Shown here: piece by piece, positions 58,865 through 64,000 of the stretch | How positions within the stretch are numbered: position 1 is the stretch's first letter | How the letters are laid out: every line of letters begins with the position of its first letter | Origin: Laetmonice hystrix | Lineage: Eukaryota | Reading direction: 5' to 3' | Length of the DNA: 64,000 nucleotides | Assembly (NCBI GenBank): GCA_965235115.1 | Contig: OZ249445.1 | Location: 6,944,001 to 7,008,000 of the forward strand | Translations under genes and position numbers: made by a program | Notes under the pieces: model-generated | Seen by the model: only the letters and a program-made list of their open reading frames with translations | What the model was told of the DNA's origin: nothing | Databases searched by the model: none

Positions 58865-60954
58865 CCACCCCACACACCCAAACACCGGCGAGGGAGGGCC
58901 TACGAATAGGTCCCTTGGTTGTTGGGCCTGCAATTTTTGGTCCGTCGCCGGTAGGACGGTCCGACGCGCTTATTGAACCCCCCCCCCCCCCCCCCCCGGA
59001 GTGAAAACTCCAAATCACCCAGATGACCTATACGTTTCCCCTCAGATCTAGACGTATACTAAGCAGGGGACATCACAGGATAACCTGCGCACTACTAAAA
59101 TCTCAGGAAGATTACCCCACGAAGTACGGGCTTGCAGGAAATGTTCAGGATGACCCCGAGTTGTGTATAGATATGTGGGTATGTGTCCTTGAGCCCCTTC
59201 AATCTGTGCAGCGTCCTCCTCTTATATTATTCTGTGGGTTTGTATGGGTACGTGTATGGGTTTTTATTATTATGGCGATGTGGACTCATAAAACCTATTG
59301 CTACTTCTATATAGATGGGAAACAATTCCCCATGGACAGATGAATCAGATTAGAGATACTCTTTACTGTTAACCACACACATCTGACGATCAGATGTAGA
59401 AAATGGGAAAAAAGGACAACTTAACACATATTATCTTTAGTACTTAAGTATAATTACCCGTTAGTACAATATCCAGCATGTCATATGTACAGGGGCCATC
59501 GACAATGTATGTTATGTGATAAAGGTCGTGAAATGCAGCGGTACTATTACCAATTGATAGTTTAGAGGTGTCTCCTGTGCAGTAAGTATAATCTTGCTAA
59601 TAAAGTGATAAAATGTCAAATAGCTGTCCTGCATGTATCACGTCTTGTTTCAGGAACGTCTAATGTGTACTATGAACCAGTCAAATAGAATACAATGTAC
59701 GTGTATTAAACACTATTCTCTTTTCAATCACACGAACAATGGGGAGACTCCTAACTTTATGGATTTATCTAGTCATATTCCCCATGTATTCTATAATCTC
59801 AAATCTTGAATCAATTCCTCCAATTCATGACAAATCCGGAGCCCGATATATTTTTTCAATCTGTGATCTCAATCTCTTCCATGATTTCTGAGTATCGTTT
59901 TTCTGATACATTTGATTTTTGTTCCGACTTTTCTTGTTATTGTCTCAAGTCATAGACATTTTTCATACGACATACAGTAAACCTTGCATACAGTAAACCT
60001 TGCGGTCGTCAAAACCGGATAATCGCTCATATCAGACAACAGCAAAAGTTCCGATTTCCTGTATTTTGTTTTCCATTCAATAAACGCCAATAACGGATTT
60101 TCTATAACGATTTCTATCACACATTCCCAGAACGAATGTAACCATGGAGTCCGTTGACACATCACTATATATTAGCCGTTCAAACCCTCTAACGGCTCAT
60201 ACCCACGGTAGCATCAAGAGAACACTCTAGCCACGTCCTCATCATCGCATTTTCTATAACGGATTTTCACGTATAAGAGACCAAAGGTCTGACCCAGTCG
60301 CAATGCATTTCCATTAAAAAGCACCGTGTATATCGGACAAGCCGTTGATCGTTAGCATGTGGGCAGTGTCAGCGTACTGCGTGAAGTGCTGTGAGTGTAT
60401 GACCCGTGCACGTGTGTATTTGGTCTGGGTGCTTGTTCAGAAATATGGCAAGTAAACGAAAAACATTTATATACCAGGAGAAGTATGACATTATCAAATA
60501 CGCTGAAGCAAATCCTTCTATGACGTAGGTGGCATATAGCAGATATTATCTGTCTTATGTGTAAAACGGATTTTTTCTGGTTTACACACGTAACAGATCT
60601 CGCATATAACAGACAAAATGTGCTGGTCAACTTGAATCCGTTATATGCGTGGTTTACTTGTATTACCTACGTATCCTGTCCATTTCGTGTCCTTGCTACT
60701 AACCTGTTCTTATATTTGACTGTTTGGTCATTCACCTGACCATGATATGAATGTATCACCAATTATTCTGCAAGCTAGAATGCCGTGAAAAACGGCTGTT
60801 CGCCAATTCTGTTCTTATCTCGGATAAATAAAAATACTTATCTCAGATAAATAAGATATATTAAACAAAATTAATACTATATTTGTCTTGCACTATACCC
60901 TGTGCCAGGTGGTGGACCAGTGGATCTGGGCATGGAGCAGACTGTCCCTATAAT

Positions 60955-61179
60955 ACTATAGTCTGTTCGCTCTAAGAAGAGCTCGACCTCGGCCTCATTA
61001 AAGCTCTGACCTGCCCCCTCCTCCCGTCTACCCACAGCCGGCGTATCACAAATCATCACCGCCTGTCATTCAAGAATATGACCAAATTCCACGTGGTTCT
61101 GTATTACCCCAAATGAAGTACATGTAATAGCTTTAACGAGGCCGAGGTCGAGCTCTTCTTAGAGTGAACAGACTATAGT
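60955..61179. mobile_element. MITE-like inverted repeat (51-bp arms, 2 mismatches) 30 bp downstream of the ILVBL stop
   Basis: 60955-61005 is the reverse complement of 61129-61179; both ends carry the palindrome ACTATAGT. Confidence 0.85.
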
Positions 61180-61208
61180 TCCTGTGTCGTGACCTGGCTC
61201 CCCGTCTG

Positions 61209-64000
61209 TTACACTGATATGCTTCCCTCCCTGAAGTTGGTCTTTCCGATGAGACAGTTGATAAGTACGCTGGCACCACCAGCCTGCGCTGCCTGCGCCT
61301 CTCGCAGGACCTCTGCCATCTGCGTCTCGTTTGACCGGTCCAGTTTGTAACCCTTACCGCCATACCCTTCAGCAACCACCTCGTAGTCGGTGAACTGCCA
61401 AAGCCAGGAAAAGGTCATTTTTATCGATAACTTACATTCATTGTCTTCTTTGTTTATAACAGCTATTAACCGAATTTACCTGTGATTTCAACATACGTTT
61501 GTATATGTAGTCCGATGTGATTCACAACATATTATGGTGGCTATTGTTAACCACATTACCACTGCACTATAGTAATAATCACAATGTCCTGTTATTGTGG
61601 TTCTGTAGGAACCTTAATATCCAGCACTATCACATAATGTGTAAATCTTGTCTACAAGTGACATGATCTCAGTTATCAAGCCTGGACCTACCTCTAGTTC
61701 ACAGGCCACGTTACTTCCAAACATTGGGACCTGTTCACGAGCAATCTGTGTCCACCCTGCATCATTCCCCACTAGGGCAAGAACTGGCGTCTGGAAGAAT
61801 ATATACAATCTCATTACCTCGTACACAGTACACTTATTGCAGTACACTTATTGGATTCCTATATAAAAATGATTAATTAAAAATACATTAATGATACACT
61901 TATTCCACTATTAATCAGCTGGCCCTGAGTTTTCTAAAGGTGTTTCTCTTCCTTTACAAGAGTGGATAATCATATTAATATTTTGTACTCTCTGTATTAA
62001 AAAAGTGATATCTAGTTTTATAACTTACACTACTAGAATGAAATGATCCCAATTTCAACAATGAATATCTTGTATTTAATGCATACCTTATGGCGTGTAA
62101 AAGTGTCAAATTCTGCAATGCTGTAACCCAGTGATCCATCCCCATAAACGATCCAAACCTCGCTCTCAGGTCGACATAACTTGGCACCTAGGGCAAACCC
62201 CCCGCCCACACCAAGTGTGCCAAAGGCACCAGGGTCCAGCCATCGAAGAGGGCCACGAGGTCTACAAGAAAGGACATAATACGGGTATTGTTAATCCTTT
62301 CTATTTCTATATCATTCCTTATTTTAAAAGTCCAGTCAAATACAAGAGTTTCAGTAACCATCCCACTGGGAGCCAGAGCCTTACCTCAGAATGTAAGCCG
62401 CTGTACCGACAAAGTCTCCACCATCAGCGACCATGATGGCATCGTCAGCCATGATCTCCTCTACCTGGTGCAGGACCTTGACGGGATTTAGGTGCAGCTC
62501 AGTTGGCTCATCGCCCTTCTTCCTGATCAGGTGTAAATCCATGCCACAGTAATATTATCACACTTATTTCCAATGTAAGTTTATGATATAAGGAGGAAAA
62601 ATGTCCTATCGCTTTCTGAGGCTGCATAAGTCTGACGGACAGCATAGGATATGTACATGGTACATCACAAACCTATTAGTTTCTTCTTTGACACTGTCAC
62701 GTTCCTTGAGGGAGCAGGCCCACTCAGGGTCGGCCTTGTAACCTTGCAGTCCTTGCTGCAGTGACACCAAGAAACTGCCAGCATCTCCCTCAATGGCTAT
62801 GCTGGGTTTCCAGAACATGTCAGAATTCTGGTGGAAGATCACAGAAAATCATGCACAAGTCAGAATTAATGCTGGTATGAATGTATTGTAAAGACTGTAA
62901 CTTTTATTCAGGAGACTCGGCCCATACAAGTTATAATTGCAACTTTTCTTTACCCAGTTTCATTTTGCACTGAAGTGTCACTTCTATTTGGAAGTGAATA
63001 ACAAGGTTTAGTAATCACTCCATTTATTTATGACTCACCTTGTATAACTGTTCCTTGCTGCGGTTGACAGCTATAACCTTTGCCCGCCGTGGAAGAACAC
63101 GACCATAACTAAGGCGGAAGTCACAAACGGCACCTATAGAAATTACAGCAAATTTATCAAGTTTTTCAAAACTGCAGAGTTGGCTTGAAAAATGTACCAA
63201 CGTTTAACAAAGTATCAATGGTATCAATTTTATGTTAAATAGCATTATGTGCTGTACCAAACTGTGCCTACCTGCCAGGATGATGACATCAGCTTCTTTG
63301 AGAGCATCCCGTCGACACTGACGGGCTTGGATGGCACTGTTCCTTCCCAGCAGCCCACGGGCCATACCACCAAGAAAGCAGGGGATTCCCATTTCCTACA
63401 TTGGGGAAAGGTTTACATGACATGAAAGGTAGGACAGGGTCTTCATGCAGCCCCCGTGATCCAACCCGCAGACCACAACCATATTGATGAGCGACATTTC
63501 TATATTGCATCATCTGACATTACATGCCAATTCTCCATGTTGTTCTGCAAATTGATAAGTGAGGATCTGACTGGTTAATGACGAAGTGAAAAAACAATGA
63601 TACCTCAAGCGATGCTCGCAGTGTTTCAACAGGTGTTGGGGGTAGTGTTGCCTGACTCCCAATCAGAATCACTGGTTTTTTGGCCCTAGACACCAGTTCC
63701 ACACACTTCTGCACTAATTCATTCAACACACACAAACACAACTATCATTTGGATACGAATAATAACACATGGCTCCCAACAAGAACTCAAAATAATTATA
63801 TGCAGTCAAGTATCATTTCAAATAGAAACCCACCAAACATCATGATTGCAAACTTTTAAATCCAATTTACTCTTCCCTTCAGTAATTACAACTCGATAAC
63901 CTTCATATACTTGATAAAATTATATATATCATCTACCTTGTGAGGGGAGTGCTAAAGGTCGTTCGACTGGGAGGGGAGTGACATCCCGTTGTTCCCATGC
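61209..64000 (-). CDS. ILVBL: Acetolactate synthase-like protein / 2-hydroxyacyl-CoA lyase 2, 3' part; exons 63937->64000, 63604-63713, 63272-63395, 63039-63133, 62673-62827, 62385-62522, 62087-62261, 61692-61790, 61209-61394
   Basis: [61 protein letters not shown]...[15 protein letters not shown] (ThDP-binding GDG...N) and C-terminus [12 protein letters not shown]; phases consistent. Confidence 0.95.

Noticed and set aside
59950-60630. Short ORFs between the P450 and ILVBL as transposase fragments
   Set aside because: No catalytic or family motif could be identified by eye.

Overview
Eukaryotic (metazoan invertebrate) genomic DNA with GT-AG introns, about 40% GC and one assembly gap (43873-44045); the species cannot be identified from this window. 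Gene models were spliced by hand and checked for phase consistency. Left part (housekeeping): 3' end of a DCST1/sneaky-like gene (+); first two coding exons of cysteinyl-tRNA synthetase CARS1 (-), head-to-head with a complete 10-exon eIF3m (+); and a 16-exon, ~1839-aa TTC3/DZIP3-family RING-H2 E3 ligase (-) carrying PAM2-like motifs and a tandem CCCH zinc finger missed by the ORF track. Middle part (28-59 kb, accessory-looking): a GLTP/CPTP-fold gene with a degenerate headgroup site, a secreted Cys-repeat protein, a secreted Pro/Trp-His-collagen-like-acidic protein, four gustatory-receptor-like (GRL/7TMIC) genes with three C-terminal phase-0 introns (the last two from a recent ~4.1-kb tandem duplication that also left orphan 3' exons), and a 14-exon CYP3-like P450 (-). 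Right end: 3' part of ILVBL/HACL2 (-). A tRNA-derived SINE and several MITEs (Harbinger-like, Kolobok-like, 5-bp-TSD hAT-like) are also present. Family assignments rest on recalled sequences, not database searches.
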